Source: Candidatus Sumerlaeaceae bacterium
GTDB taxonomy: Bacteria > Sumerlaeota > Sumerlaeia > Sumerlaeales > Sumerlaeaceae
Direction: 5' to 3'
DNA length: 64,000 nucleotides
Assembly (NCBI GenBank): GCA_051003195.1
Contig: JBPCLP010000009.1
Location: 128,001-192,000 of the forward strand
Shown here: in pieces, positions 18,734 through 29,153 of the stretch
How positions within the stretch are numbered: the first letter of the stretch is position 1
Layout of the letters: every line of letters starts with the position of its first letter
Position numbers and translations under genes: made by a program
The notes under the pieces: model-generated
Database searches by the model: none
Told to the model about the DNA's origin: nothing
Seen by the model: the letters and a program-made list of their open reading frames with translations, nothing else

Positions 18734-20071
18734 ATGAGTACCTCCACATCTCAGCAATACTTTCGGCCCAATCTTGATGAATTGCGGCAGGTTTCCAGGA
18801 CGATTGAACCCGCCGACGCGACATCGGCCGCAAATCTGTTATCAGGACCTGCCGAACCTGTGCCAGTTGAAGGAATTGCCGCGTTATTAAAAGGCATGCT
18901 CGGCGCAGGTGGCGAAGAGATCGCAGCGGCCGTGTCTCTGCGAGGCGCCCAGGTCCGCGCGCAGCTCTTCGGGAATGCTGTTATCCCAATGGCACCCGTC
19001 GAAATTTCCAATACCTGTGCATCCGACTGCCTGTTCTGTGGCTGGCGGGTTTCAAATCGCGCAATGAAGCGGCTCAAGATGCCGACTGATCTTGCCATGC
19101 TGCAGGTGGAATACCTGGTCGACCAGGGAATTCACTACATCGAATTCGTCAGCGGCGACGACATTGCAGTCGTGCGGAATCAGCTGCCCGATCTGATCGC
19201 ACAAACGCGAAGGTTGTTTGACGCAAAGGGCGTCGAAGGGAAAATTGCTTTCTGCACCCTCGCGCTTACCGAAATGCAATACGCTGAGCTGAAGGCCGCG
19301 GGCGCCGACGCGATGGTCGTCTGGCAGGAAACCTATGATCCCGCCATTTTTGCGGAGCACGTGGTCGGCGGACCCAAAGCATATGGAATATCTGACGACT
19401 GGAAAATGAATCGCGACGGCGACGGATGTAGTTTTCGGATTGAATCGCAGGAGCGCGCATTGCGTGCGGGCCTCGAGGTCGCGCTCGGCTCCATGCTCGG
19501 ACTGAACCCGGATATTTGCACAGAGTTCCTGGCCACCGTCGAACATGCACGATACCTTACCGAGAGCTATGGTGCTTCCGGGGAACATCCCGTAATCATT
19601 GGCATGCCAATCTGGAACGCGATCACCACGCAGGAGACAGATCTGCGCCCGGCCGATGCACCGAGCCTGCAACGGCTTTTCCCCGCGCTTGCTGCACTTT
19701 ATCTGCTCGCGTTGCCTTACGAAAGCACATGGGTATTTCCGAACTGCCGTGTGCCAATCGCCACCCAGGTAGAGGCAGCGCGCGTGGGTGGCGTATTCTC
19801 TTCGACAGAGGTTAAGCTTGGCCCGGGTGGTTATCTGCCTGCCATCCTTCGCAAGTTAAGCGACGCCGGTGAAGATGTAGCACCCCTCGTCGACCGTCTG
19901 AAGACCCTGCTGCGGGAGAACGGAGAAGACGTGGAAGCATTGCAACACGCACTCGACCAGCGCGAGCAGTTCATGCACCATTATCATGATCATACTACGT
20001 ATGAAAACAGCATGGCCGCCGCGGGACTAAAGCTGTTAAAAGGGACAGATCTCAGGCAGAATCCGACTTAG
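18734..20071 (+). CDS. Radical SAM protein, ThiH/HydG-like
   Basis: APVEISNTCASDCLFCG (CxxxCxxC), WQETY, ERALRAG. Confidence 0.75.
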   Translation: MSTSTSQQYFRPNLDELRQVSRTIEPADATSAANLLSGPAEPVPVEGIAALLKGMLGAGGEEIAAAVSLRGAQVRAQLFGNAVIPMAPVEISNTCASDCLFCGWRVSNRAMKRLKMPTDLAMLQVEYLVDQGIHYIEFVSGDDIAVVRNQLPDLIAQTRRLFDAKGVEGKIAFCTLALTEMQYAELKAAGADAMVVWQETYDPAIFAEHVVGGPKAYGISDDWKMNRDGDGCSFRIESQERALRAGLEVALGSMLGLNPDICTEFLATVEHARYLTESYGASGEHPVIIGMPIWNAITTQETDLRPADAPSLQRLFPALAALYLLALPYESTWVFPNCRVPIATQVEAARVGGVFSSTEVKLGPGGYLPAILRKLSDAGEDVAPLVDRLKTLLRENGEDVEALQHALDQREQFMHHYHDHTTYENSMAAAGLKLLKGTDLRQNPT

Positions 20072-20073
20072 AT

Positions 20074-22065
20074 TCAGGTATTCGTCGGATCTCGTCTTCT
20101 GGAAAATATGCGCACGAAGAGCGATTTCAGCTCTTCGGCGCCCAGCAGCCATGCTGTGATCACATACACCGCTGCAGCGAGCAGGACCAACAGCACCAGC
20201 CGGAGAATCTGTCCGCTTAATAACTGACCGATTGTAGTTCCAGCCTGTCGGCTTGCACCTATCTCAAAGCGGGGTTCTACCCGGCTAAATGTGCGCGAAA
20301 CCTTTGCTAATACGTACGATGGGCTCGTCCCGATATCCGTGGCGCCTATGCCTGTTTTGCTGAGCACTCGCACGCTGGTAACCATAATTGCGGCATTTGC
20401 GGAAGTAGCAAGGTCCGTGGAGAGCAATTCCATCGTGCTGGTGCTCTCAGATTGGGGTCCTACAAGCAGCACTACGGATTCGCGATCGAAATTCATATGC
20501 GGTACCATGTTGGGCTCCAGGCGAAGTTCTGTGCGCAAACGCTCCCAGTCGCCGTCGGTCCTCACGAGTAGAGCGGTCCCGCTGGCGGCGTTCGGCGGCA
20601 GCCGAACCGGGAAGCGCGTGCCGCGCGCAATAACGGCAACCTCAGGCCGGGTGTAGTGCTCGGCTGCCACCACTGCGACGGCCATCGTTGCGGCAGCGGC
20701 AACGATTCGCCACCCACTTGAGAGCATTGCGCGGCCGTCGATGCCGCCAACGCGCACGCGCAGCATGATCAGAGAAAGAATAGTCGTGACCAGGTACGCG
20801 ATGCCCGCAGCCAAGGCGACACCGCCAATGCCCATTGGCTTGAGCAATACGTAGCTTAACACCGAGGCGAGAATCACCCCGCCAATATTTATGGATGCAG
20901 GTGTCATCGTATCTTTCAGTGAGTAGAAGGCCCGCGTCGCGAACATCACGAGCGAGTACGGAAGAATCGACACCGCATAATACTTCAGGAAATCTGCGGT
21001 GAAGACCGAATCCGCGTAGCGAAACTCGCCTCCGCGACGTTCAAACAGCGCTCTCGTTATGGGCAGTGCGAGCACCGTCAGTCCAATCGCAACAGGTAGC
21101 ATGATAAAGAAAGTCCAGCGCAGCCCGAGCGAGAATGTCCGAACGAAACTATCGCGTTCTTTATCGACCGCTGCGCGCGACATCGCCGGGTAAAGCACCG
21201 TGGCAATGGACACGGCAAAAATCCCGTAAGGCATCATGATAAGCTGAAAACAGATGGTATAAGCGGTGAATCCACCCAGTACCGTTGTCAGTAGATTCGT
21301 ACGCACGCCCGTGCCGAACAGGTTCGCCAATGCCACCACGACAATTGGTATGCCAAGGCCGACCGCCGATCTGAATACGGGATCTCGAAAGTTCACACGT
21401 GGCCGCAACGGCATTCCGATCTTTAGCAGCCAGGGCAGCTGCACCAGTGCCATTGCTGCGATACCTGCCGTCTGGCCGATTGCGATTCCCGTGGCGCCGA
21501 TCAGCCCGAAGCTGTATGCCAGCAGCGACGCAATCACCACCACGTTATTGAGAATCGGCGCGGCAGCCGTGATCGCGAATACGTTGTGGCTGTTGAGGAC
21601 CGCCATAAAGACGGCATTTAACCCGTAGAAAAACATCATGGGCGCGAAGAATTGAAGAAACCATGCTGCCATTTCCTGTTTAGCCTGTGCTTCCTGGCCT
21701 TTGGACAGCATCGTCAGCACATGAATGATCTGCGGCGCCAGCACAGCCGCGAGGATGGATGCGACAGCGAGAATCGCCGCAACGCATCCGAGCAGCAGGT
21801 TCGCCACGCGCCACGCTTCAGCCGATGTTTTTCCGCTTCGCTCCTGCTCGCGAACCAGCAACGGAATAAATATCGCACTGAGCAGCCCACCCAGCACTAC
21901 TTCATAAATCATGCTTGGAATGACGTACGCCAGATTGTATGCATCCGCCATGGTGCGCTGAACGCCGATCGCATAAGTGAAAGCCATGAGGCGCAGCAGC
22001 CCGGTGATTCGGCTTACCAGCGTGAGGCCGGAGAACACTGCAGTGCTTTTAGCGAATTGGCTCAC
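20074..22065 (-). CDS. murJ: Lipid II flippase MurJ with a large extramembrane insertion
   Basis: SRITGLLR, ADAY..A..IP, GGLLSAIFIP, APILNN, RAFYSLKDT. Confidence 0.9.
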   Translation of the reverse strand: MSQFAKSTAVFSGLTLVSRITGLLRLMAFTYAIGVQRTMADAYNLAYVIPSMIYEVVLGGLLSAIFIPLLVREQERSGKTSAEAWRVANLLLGCVAAILAVASILAAVLAPQIIHVLTMLSKGQEAQAKQEMAAWFLQFFAPMMFFYGLNAVFMAVLNSHNVFAITAAAPILNNVVVIASLLAYSFGLIGATGIAIGQTAGIAAMALVQLPWLLKIGMPLRPRVNFRDPVFRSAVGLGIPIVVVALANLFGTGVRTNLLTTVLGGFTAYTICFQLIMMPYGIFAVSIATVLYPAMSRAAVDKERDSFVRTFSLGLRWTFFIMLPVAIGLTVLALPITRALFERRGGEFRYADSVFTADFLKYYAVSILPYSLVMFATRAFYSLKDTMTPASINIGGVILASVLSYVLLKPMGIGGVALAAGIAYLVTTILSLIMLRVRVGGIDGRAMLSSGWRIVAAAATMAVAVVAAEHYTRPEVAVIARGTRFPVRLPPNAASGTALLVRTDGDWERLRTELRLEPNMVPHMNFDRESVVLLVGPQSESTSTMELLSTDLATSANAAIMVTSVRVLSKTGIGATDIGTSPSYVLAKVSRTFSRVEPRFEIGASRQAGTTIGQLLSGQILRLVLLVLLAAAVYVITAWLLGAEELKSLFVRIFSRRRDPTNT

Positions 22066-22168
22066 AAGACAATCACTGTGGGTTGGGCCCGCGACCACTC
22101 GTCAACGCGGAAGCGAAGCACTCTTTTCTTGTGCACGAATTTGCAGCGGCGACTGTAAGCACCTCACA

Positions 22169-22606
22169 ATGACCATTACGATCACTATGCCGCAGTTCAG
22201 TGAGTCCATGACCGAAGGCAAGCTGCTGCAATGGAATGTGCAGGTTGGCGATCAGGTACGTGGCGGCGATCCTATTGCTGAAGTCGAAGCCGACAAGGCC
22301 AATATGGAAATCGAGGCACAGGAAGATGGTACGGTCGTGGAACTGTGCGGCGTTCCCGGCGATACCATCGAAGTAGGAACCGTACTCGCAGTCCTGGAAC
22401 CTGGACCGTCGACAGGGTCTTCGCCTGAACAAGGTGTCTCTTCACCTTCGGCCACTCCTGTGAAGGCTTCACCCCTGATCCTTAGAGTTGCTGCGCAAAA
22501 GGGCATTCCCCTGCACCACGTAAGCGGCAGCGGTCCTGGTGGTCAAATCCTCCTGGAAGATCTCGACGCTTACGTCGCGTCGCAGGAAGGCAGCGATGCG
22601 AGTTGA
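22169..22606 (+). CDS. Lipoyl domain + E3-binding domain protein without a catalytic domain
   Basis: MPQFSESMTEGKLLQW...EADKA (lipoyl Lys); ASPLILRVAAQKGI...GSGPGGQILLED, then stop. Confidence 0.85.
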   Translation: MTITITMPQFSESMTEGKLLQWNVQVGDQVRGGDPIAEVEADKANMEIEAQEDGTVVELCGVPGDTIEVGTVLAVLEPGPSTGSSPEQGVSSPSATPVKASPLILRVAAQKGIPLHHVSGSGPGGQILLEDLDAYVASQEGSDAS

Positions 22607-23079
22607 TCCGCAACGCGTCTGATTTCGAGGTGATTATCATCGGCGCAGGGAACGCTGGGACTGCCGTAGCGCAAACCTGCGCAGAGGTAGACCTGCCTGC
22701 GTGCACCATCGATCCCTCTGCTACAGGCGTGACTTACAGCGGGAGAGGCTTTGTTGCCGGGCCGAACAGCGTAGCCATGCTCAACCCGCAAACAGGCGAC
22801 GAGACTAAGCTGCTTCATGCGCCGGTTATCATCATTGCAACGGGAAGCCGCGATGGCATTGCGAACACAGCATTTCTTGGTTTACGAAAGCTCGGAATCG
22901 AAACGGACCCCACCACTGGCGGCATCTTTACAGATGCCTATGGCCGAACCACTTGCGCGACTGTTTTCGCGGTTGGCTCCTGCTGTAAACCGCGCCAGGA
23001 CTCTCCCTCAGCGGCAGCCATTACCGCTGCAATCCTCGCTTTACATCGGGCAGCCGTGATAACGGGCTCATTCGAATGA
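22603..23079 (+). CDS. Minimal FAD-binding protein derived from dihydrolipoamide dehydrogenase
   Basis: IIIGAGNAG, IIIATGSR, NTAFLGL...GRTT...VFAVG; only 158 aa; overlaps both neighbours. Confidence 0.65.
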   Translation: MIRNASDFEVIIIGAGNAGTAVAQTCAEVDLPACTIDPSATGVTYSGRGFVAGPNSVAMLNPQTGDETKLLHAPVIIIATGSRDGIANTAFLGLRKLGIETDPTTGGIFTDAYGRTTCATVFAVGSCCKPRQDSPSAAAITAAILALHRAAVITGSFE

Positions 23080-24299
23080 CTGAACAGCTCCGCATTGGGA
23101 TCGCCTGCTTTGCCACCTATGGCGGGAGCGGCGTCGTAGCCACCGAACTCGGCCGCGAAATGGCGCGGGCCGGGCACCGCGTTCATTTTATCAGTAACCA
23201 GCTTCCCTTCCGGCTGCAGCAGGGCGAATTCCTCGAAAACGTTTACTACCACGAGACAGTATCCACGACCTACGACGTCATTCCGGCAGCTATGTTTGGA
23301 TTCGAGATTGCATCGAAGATCACGCAGATCGCCCTCGACGAGAAACTGGATCTGCTGCACGCGCATTACGCCGTGCCACACGCCATCAGCGGCATTACCG
23401 CCAAGCAGGTGCTCAAGCCTCGTGAGCTGAAAATTGTGACGACGCTGCATGGAACGGACATCACCCTTGTCGGCCGGCATCCCGCCTTCTTTCCTTTAAC
23501 TAAATGGGCCATTGAGCAAAGCGACGCAGTAACCACGGTCTCACACTGGTTGCGTGAAGAGACGTTGCGCACCTTCGGGATCGAGAATTCGATCCACGTC
23601 ATCCACAACTTCGTGGATACCACCCGCTTCAGTACGGAGCGGCAGGCGTGTCGCCGCAAACATTTCGCAGCAGACAATGAGAAGATCATCCTGCACGTCT
23701 CCAACTTCCGGCCGGTTAAGCGCCTCGACGACGTAGTCCATGTCTTCGCCCGGATCGCTGAAAGCATGCCTGCCAAGCTGGTGCTGATTGGAGACGGTCC
23801 CGAACGCGAGAGAACCCTGGAGCTCGCACGACGCCTCGGCGTAATGGACCGCACACATTTTCTAGGTAAACAAAATCTTATCGAACACTATTACGCGATT
23901 GCCGACCTGCTTCTCTTTCCGAGTGAGTACGAAAGCTTTGGCATCACTGCCCTTGAAGCCATGAGCGCCAGCCTGCCTGTCGTGGCGACGACTGGTAGCG
24001 GGCTATCCGAGGTTGTCGAAGAGGGAGTGACCGGCTTTCTGCGTCCGGTTGGCGATGTACCTGCGTTGGCCGAAGCCTGCCAACGTATATTGCAGGACGA
24101 CGCGCTTGCAGTGCGCATGGGCCAGGCTGGGCGTCGCCGCGCCGAGCAGTGCTTCCAGGCGAAAGCAATCGCTCAGAGCTATTTGGATCTATACCGCTCA
24201 GTCATGAATGGCGTAAAATACCCGCCGCCCGCTCCCTGCAAGCCCGAACCGGCCGTCGTCCAGACGGTTCCGATCTCATCCAGTTCCTTGATTATTTAG
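23076..24299 (+). CDS. bshA: N-acetyl-alpha-D-glucosaminyl L-malate synthase
   Basis: [47 protein letters not shown]. Confidence 0.92.
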   Translation: MTEQLRIGIACFATYGGSGVVATELGREMARAGHRVHFISNQLPFRLQQGEFLENVYYHETVSTTYDVIPAAMFGFEIASKITQIALDEKLDLLHAHYAVPHAISGITAKQVLKPRELKIVTTLHGTDITLVGRHPAFFPLTKWAIEQSDAVTTVSHWLREETLRTFGIENSIHVIHNFVDTTRFSTERQACRRKHFAADNEKIILHVSNFRPVKRLDDVVHVFARIAESMPAKLVLIGDGPERERTLELARRLGVMDRTHFLGKQNLIEHYYAIADLLLFPSEYESFGITALEAMSASLPVVATTGSGLSEVVEEGVTGFLRPVGDVPALAEACQRILQDDALAVRMGQAGRRRAEQCFQAKAIAQSYLDLYRSVMNGVKYPPPAPCKPEPAVVQTVPISSSSLII

Positions 24300-26562
24300 G
24301 CGACACCCGCACAGCATTTAACTCACTCCCAGTGGCGATCAAAAGCAGATCGCCCGCTGTGCCGGTTCCTCCCAGCCATGCAATTTCTGGCCGAAGCCCC
24401 TGTGCCGCGATGGTTGCCACAACGTTGCCGGTTTTCACATCCAGCACGTGAATCGCGCCGCCGCGCATCGCTACCGCAATGCGGTTTTCGTCTGGCGACA
24501 ACTCCGCCGCGTCCACCGCAGCACGTGAGTTCGTCGAGAGGGGAGTGGACCACTTCGATTTCCCCTCCATATCGACCGCTCCCATCCCCTCGCCACCCTT
24601 CGTTGTACCGGCTGCCATGATCAACGTGGGCGATGTGCGCGTCACCCGTGCAATGGTAGCGAACACCTTTGGATCCCATTTCCCGTAGACTGCGCCCGTG
24701 CTGCTGAAATCGTGTACCTTACCATCCGTACTTGTCGCGAGCACGTGAAGATTCCCGTCGCTGCTCATCCGGGCCGAATCTACATGCGTCGCCTTTCCAA
24801 ACTTTTCCGCGTTCCAAAGCTTCGAGCCATCGTTCTTCAGCACCTGGAGAGCCGGAGCCGAATTCGCTGCAATCAGCACCTCTTCGCGTCCGTCGCCATC
24901 CACGTCTGCCGCCGCGACTTCGCTGATGCCTTCCGCGACGGCCGCGCTCCACTTTTCATTACCCGTCGCATCGAATGCGGACAGCGAGCGCCCCCATGAC
25001 TGGTACCCCAGCAATGCGGGTTTGCCTTCGCTCTGTAACACCCGTAATGTAGAAACGGCAGCCGGAAGCTTAAACTCGCCTTTGCGCTTTCCATCCTGAG
25101 AAAGCTGGACACCCTCGCCTTTGAGATTGGCTGCAAAAATAACCGAGGCAGTCGTATCCGCGGCTACTGCTGTCCACGGGCCATCAAGTTTCCAGGCCAG
25201 TACCACACCCATCGATGTTAACGCGTCGGGCGCGGTCTTCGTCTTCTTCACGTCCGGCGTCGCCTTCTCGTCTCCTTTCTCTTCGTTAGGTTTTTCAGGC
25301 GCTTGCGCACCCGACGTTAATGCGGCCACAGTCTCGCTCGTGGCCAGTATTTTGCCCGCCAAGAGGTCTTCGATCTCTTTCTTTAACTGCGGCTTCATGT
25401 CGGGCCCAAACCCTACATGTACCACCTGCACCGTGCCGTCCCTGCCAATCAGCACAGTCTGTGGAATTCCTTCCACTTTGTACTTTTCCATCACATCGCC
25501 TTCTTTATCCATGGCGACCGGGATGGTCAGTTTCGCTTCCCGCAGAAATTCGCGAACGTCGCTCTCCTCCTCCTTCACATCCACTGCGAAGAACTCGACC
25601 CCGCTGCTCTTCAGCTCCATCGCAGTGGACGAAACAATGGGCAGCGCCATGCGGCACGGACCGCACCAGGTCGCCCAGAAGTCGAGTACGACTACTTTGC
25701 CCTTCAGCGCCGCCAGTTCAACTTCGCCGCCCTCCAGCAGCGGCAGCTTGAACTCCGGGGCCGGCTTCGCCAGTAACTTATGTGCGGGTTCGCTTCTCGG
25801 CCCGGTTGGCTTTTCGACCTTCGCGCCAACGGGCGGCACGAAGGCGAATGCATCCGCCGGCAACTCGGCTCCCAGCTTCCATCCGACAAATGTGATCTCC
25901 CCCGTGAATCGCCGATCATCCTTCGTTGCGACGCCCGCAACCATGATCGAGGTCAAATCCGCCGTTACCCGCAGTGGCAGGGGCACCTCGCCGGTCGATA
26001 ACCACAAATCCCATTTCAGGTCGTCCTGGCTGAACTGCAGATGTTCCGCCGCTTCGCCCGGGACGATCTCTCGGCCCACATACTTCAATGCGGTAACGTC
26101 CTTCATCAGGGCCTCATAGGACGACTTCCCGAGCAACTCCCCGATAAAGGACATGGGGTCCCGCAGCAGGCCGGTCACGCCGCCCGGTGATGCATCGAAC
26201 ACCGGCTGAAGTTCCGGCGGCGCGGGCTCGGATTTGAACGTGTTGCGGGCCATATTGTAGCGGGTCAGCGTTGTCCCATCGGTGATGACCGTGCCACCCA
26301 GGTACTGACTATCGCTACGCACAGCCAGTTTATTTGGGCGCTCCAGCGCAATATTGCAGGTGGTGCTCATATCCTGCAGCATCCCCCTGGTTTGCATGCG
26401 CGCGAGCGCGTACGCCTGCACCTGCAACCGCGGCGGCGCGGCAAGTGCCCGCGACATCCCCTGCAGAAGCTGGTCGGCTTTCGAGTCAATCTGTGCCGAA
26501 TTGTCGGCCGCAAAGCAGCCCATGGAGCTGAATAGCATCACGACTAGGAATGGCCGAATCAT
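24292..26562 (-). CDS. Secreted DUF2092-like + TlpA thioredoxin + beta-propeller protein
   Basis: ERPNKLAV/WDLWL (DUF2092-like); DFWATWCGPC; DVDGDGREE and repeated GxxxW motifs. Confidence 0.8.
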   Translation of the reverse strand: MIRPFLVVMLFSSMGCFAADNSAQIDSKADQLLQGMSRALAAPPRLQVQAYALARMQTRGMLQDMSTTCNIALERPNKLAVRSDSQYLGGTVITDGTTLTRYNMARNTFKSEPAPPELQPVFDASPGGVTGLLRDPMSFIGELLGKSSYEALMKDVTALKYVGREIVPGEAAEHLQFSQDDLKWDLWLSTGEVPLPLRVTADLTSIMVAGVATKDDRRFTGEITFVGWKLGAELPADAFAFVPPVGAKVEKPTGPRSEPAHKLLAKPAPEFKLPLLEGGEVELAALKGKVVVLDFWATWCGPCRMALPIVSSTAMELKSSGVEFFAVDVKEEESDVREFLREAKLTIPVAMDKEGDVMEKYKVEGIPQTVLIGRDGTVQVVHVGFGPDMKPQLKKEIEDLLAGKILATSETVAALTSGAQAPEKPNEEKGDEKATPDVKKTKTAPDALTSMGVVLAWKLDGPWTAVAADTTASVIFAANLKGEGVQLSQDGKRKGEFKLPAAVSTLRVLQSEGKPALLGYQSWGRSLSAFDATGNEKWSAAVAEGISEVAAADVDGDGREEVLIAANSAPALQVLKNDGSKLWNAEKFGKATHVDSARMSSDGNLHVLATSTDGKVHDFSSTGAVYGKWDPKVFATIARVTRTSPTLIMAAGTTKGGEGMGAVDMEGKSKWSTPLSTNSRAAVDAAELSPDENRIAVAMRGGAIHVLDVKTGNVVATIAAQGLRPEIAWLGGTGTAGDLLLIATGSELNAVRVSPK

Positions 26563-26638
26563 TGATTTGCTTTCATGAACTTTTCCCGACGTTCTCGCTT
26601 GCAGATCTGAAGCAGACAATCGGAAACGGCGGAGTTAA

Positions 26639-27067
26639 ATGATGCCCAGTATATTTACACAGATTATAAACGGTGAACTGCCGGGACGCTTCGTCTGGAA
26701 AGATGACGAGGTCGTCGCCTTCCTAACGACAGCCCCGATGAATCCGGGGCACACTCTGGTCGTTCCGCGCCAGGAAATCGACTACTGGATCGACATGCCG
26801 GCCGCACTTGCGGCACAGGTAATGGAGGTGGCTCAAACCGTTAGCCGCGCAATACAGCAGGCCTTTGATCCAGAAAAGGTCGGGCTGATAGTTGCCGGTC
26901 TTGAAGTCAGGCATGTACACCTGCACCTGGTTCCGATCAACGCGATCAGCGATCTTAATTTCGATCGCCAGGACAAGACGGTCACGCCGGAGATTCTCGA
27001 CAAGAACGCCGACTCGATACGCAGTGTATTGCGCGACCTCGGCTTTGCTGCACAAGCGACCGGTTAG
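26639..27067 (+). CDS. HIT family protein
   Basis: SIFTQII, PGHTLVVP, HVHLH. Confidence 0.92.
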   Translation: MMPSIFTQIINGELPGRFVWKDDEVVAFLTTAPMNPGHTLVVPRQEIDYWIDMPAALAAQVMEVAQTVSRAIQQAFDPEKVGLIVAGLEVRHVHLHLVPINAISDLNFDRQDKTVTPEILDKNADSIRSVLRDLGFAAQATG

Positions 27068-27187
27068 TCGCATGGGCTTGCCCTCAGGCACGCTGTACGC
27101 TCACATTATGGTAAAAGATGTGCTACGGTCGGTTGGGCTCTTGCAGTTAAACGTAGCGCACCCACGCGGTTTCGATCTGCGAGCCGG

Positions 27188-27883
27188 CTAGTGCTCGGGT
27201 TCAATAACCGCGAAGTTCCCGTCCTTGCGTCGATAAACGACGTTCATTATCCCGGTATCTTCGTTAATAAAGCAGAAGAAGTTCTCGTCCTTAAAGAAAA
27301 GTTCCTCCGCCGCTTCGTTTACGTCCATCCTGTCGACGACATGCCGTTCGCTCGGGAACACTCGGACGTTGAGCTTCTCCAGCATGGCTGGCGGAGTCCG
27401 CGCGTCTCCATTGCCCCGCCTGCGCGATTCACCGCCGAGGTCCCGCTTATCTCTAGCCCCGGCGCGAGTCGGCAGCGCGCCAACGGATGGCCTTTTCAGT
27501 GCAGCGACACGCCCCACAGGGCGTGCGTCCATCCCGGCTTCCGGCCCGGAAAGATCCGCTTTTTTTGCGTTCCGGTTCGCCAGCGTCATGTCCTTCTTTT
27601 TGCCTTTTAGTTTTTCCCACTTTTTCTTAAGCTGCACCTCCACCTTATCCACAAGCAGGTCGAAAGCTCGCATTGCATCATGGTCGCGGTGCTTTGCGTT
27701 TACCTCCACAGGGCCGCTCTTCAGTCTTAACTCCGCAACGATCTGGTTCCCGTCGCGCTCCAGCACAATATCCAGCATCTGGATGCGGTCCGTGTACTTC
27801 TGCAGCCGCGGTATTTTCCCTTCGATGTAGGCACGCATATCGTTCGTGATCTTCAACTGGTGTCCGGTTATGCGAGTGGCCAT
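27188..27883 (-). CDS. hpf: Long ribosome hibernation promoting factor
   Basis: ITGHQLKIT..MRAY; C-terminal MDVNEAAEEL...VVYRRKDGNF. Confidence 0.85.
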   Translation of the reverse strand: MATRITGHQLKITNDMRAYIEGKIPRLQKYTDRIQMLDIVLERDGNQIVAELRLKSGPVEVNAKHRDHDAMRAFDLLVDKVEVQLKKKWEKLKGKKKDMTLANRNAKKADLSGPEAGMDARPVGRVAALKRPSVGALPTRAGARDKRDLGGESRRRGNGDARTPPAMLEKLNVRVFPSERHVVDRMDVNEAAEELFFKDENFFCFINEDTGIMNVVYRRKDGNFAVIEPEH

Positions 27884-27950
27884 GCGGTCTCTCCCAGTCT
27901 GCCGCGGACTGCGACAGCTCATGTAGAATTGTTACATCGCTGTATTTCGA

Positions 27951-27967
27951 AACAAAGTCGATGCCAG
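27951..27967 (-). promoter_or_regulatory. Sigma54-like promoter upstream of hpf
   Basis: Minus strand CTGGCAT-CGACT-TTGTT. Confidence 0.45.
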
Positions 27968-28093
27968 CGTGCAAAGCTCTGCCAAATTCTGGCTGCTTAA
28001 CTGCATCAACGCCGCCCGAAAACTCCCTGCCACCTTTATTTACACGCAAACCCTGTTGATTCTGCATTTTGCCGGCAGGCGAAGTCGGCACCT

Positions 28094-29056
28094 ATGCGAT
28101 TTCAATGCCTTCAACAGGTGATCTCTTCAAGCTGCCGAATACTGGTACTGGCTGCGCTATGTGCCTTATGCGTCCCGCTACGGGGGCAGTCGGTCACGAC
28201 CTCGAGCAAAGCCACAGGTGCGTCGAGTGCACAGCGTCAACAGGGCTCTACCCTGACAGTCGCGCTTGTTGGCGAGCGCCCACTGGTAGCGGCGAACAGG
28301 AAGAAGCATGTCGACCTGCTTGCCATCACCACGCATACGCTTGGCCTCGATGTTCACGATTTCACAACCAACGCGCAGGTTCTCGAAGAAATCGCGCGCG
28401 AAAGCGCACCAGTCATAAGCCTGAAGCCAACGATTGTCATCGTGTTTGCCGGCGCTGCGGACGAAAAGCTGGGTACGGACGACGATCGACAACAGGATTG
28501 GTTAAAGAGCATCGTGAACTCTTTCACCAGCGTTGCCACGCGCGTCTACATTGTTCCGTCCAGTCCTTCCATCGGCACGCTTACCGCCGCCAACCTGCGA
28601 CTCGCGGCTTCCAGTACTGGCGCGACCTTTATTGAAACCGGTAGCCAGATCTCGGGCAAGCCTTATGAGGAGGCATTCCAGGCAATCCGAGGTGCAGAGC
28701 AGAATCCGGCTCCCACTGCAACACCCGCGACTTTGACTGAACGTCTGCCGCAGCCGCGCTTAGCCCTGCCTCCCCTCGACGAAACGACACAATCGCAGAG
28801 CAGCGAGCCCAAAGGCATCTTTGTTGCCCCGACGCCTGCCAGCCCTGACGAACTGGTTCATAAACCCGCAACTGGAGCAGAACAAAAGGCTGCAGATGCC
28901 GAGACGACCGGACGGCGCACGGTAACAAAACGCGGCGCGGAAGCCGAGCCTGCCATCATCCCCATGAAGCCGCTACCTGCATTGAAAAGCTTCTCACCCA
29001 AACGGCCCGTTCCGCGCAAGAACACCGACAAGAAGGCCCCGGAAATGGCGCGGTAG
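28094..29056 (+). CDS. Secreted hypothetical protein, SGNH-like fold with Pro-rich tail
   Basis: Signal peptide; VALVGE...LKPTIVIVFAG resemble SGNH blocks, but the GDS serine is missing. Confidence 0.55.
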   Translation: MRFQCLQQVISSSCRILVLAALCALCVPLRGQSVTTSSKATGASSAQRQQGSTLTVALVGERPLVAANRKKHVDLLAITTHTLGLDVHDFTTNAQVLEEIARESAPVISLKPTIVIVFAGAADEKLGTDDDRQQDWLKSIVNSFTSVATRVYIVPSSPSIGTLTAANLRLAASSTGATFIETGSQISGKPYEEAFQAIRGAEQNPAPTATPATLTERLPQPRLALPPLDETTQSQSSEPKGIFVAPTPASPDELVHKPATGAEQKAADAETTGRRTVTKRGAEAEPAIIPMKPLPALKSFSPKRPVPRKNTDKKAPEMAR

Positions 29057-29153
29057 CGCGAGCACGTGGGCAGCTATAGCGCGGCAGCACAGCCTTTCTC
29101 AGTCATCCTCAGTATTGCGAATACGATCTCGCAGGACTTTGTGACGTTGAACA

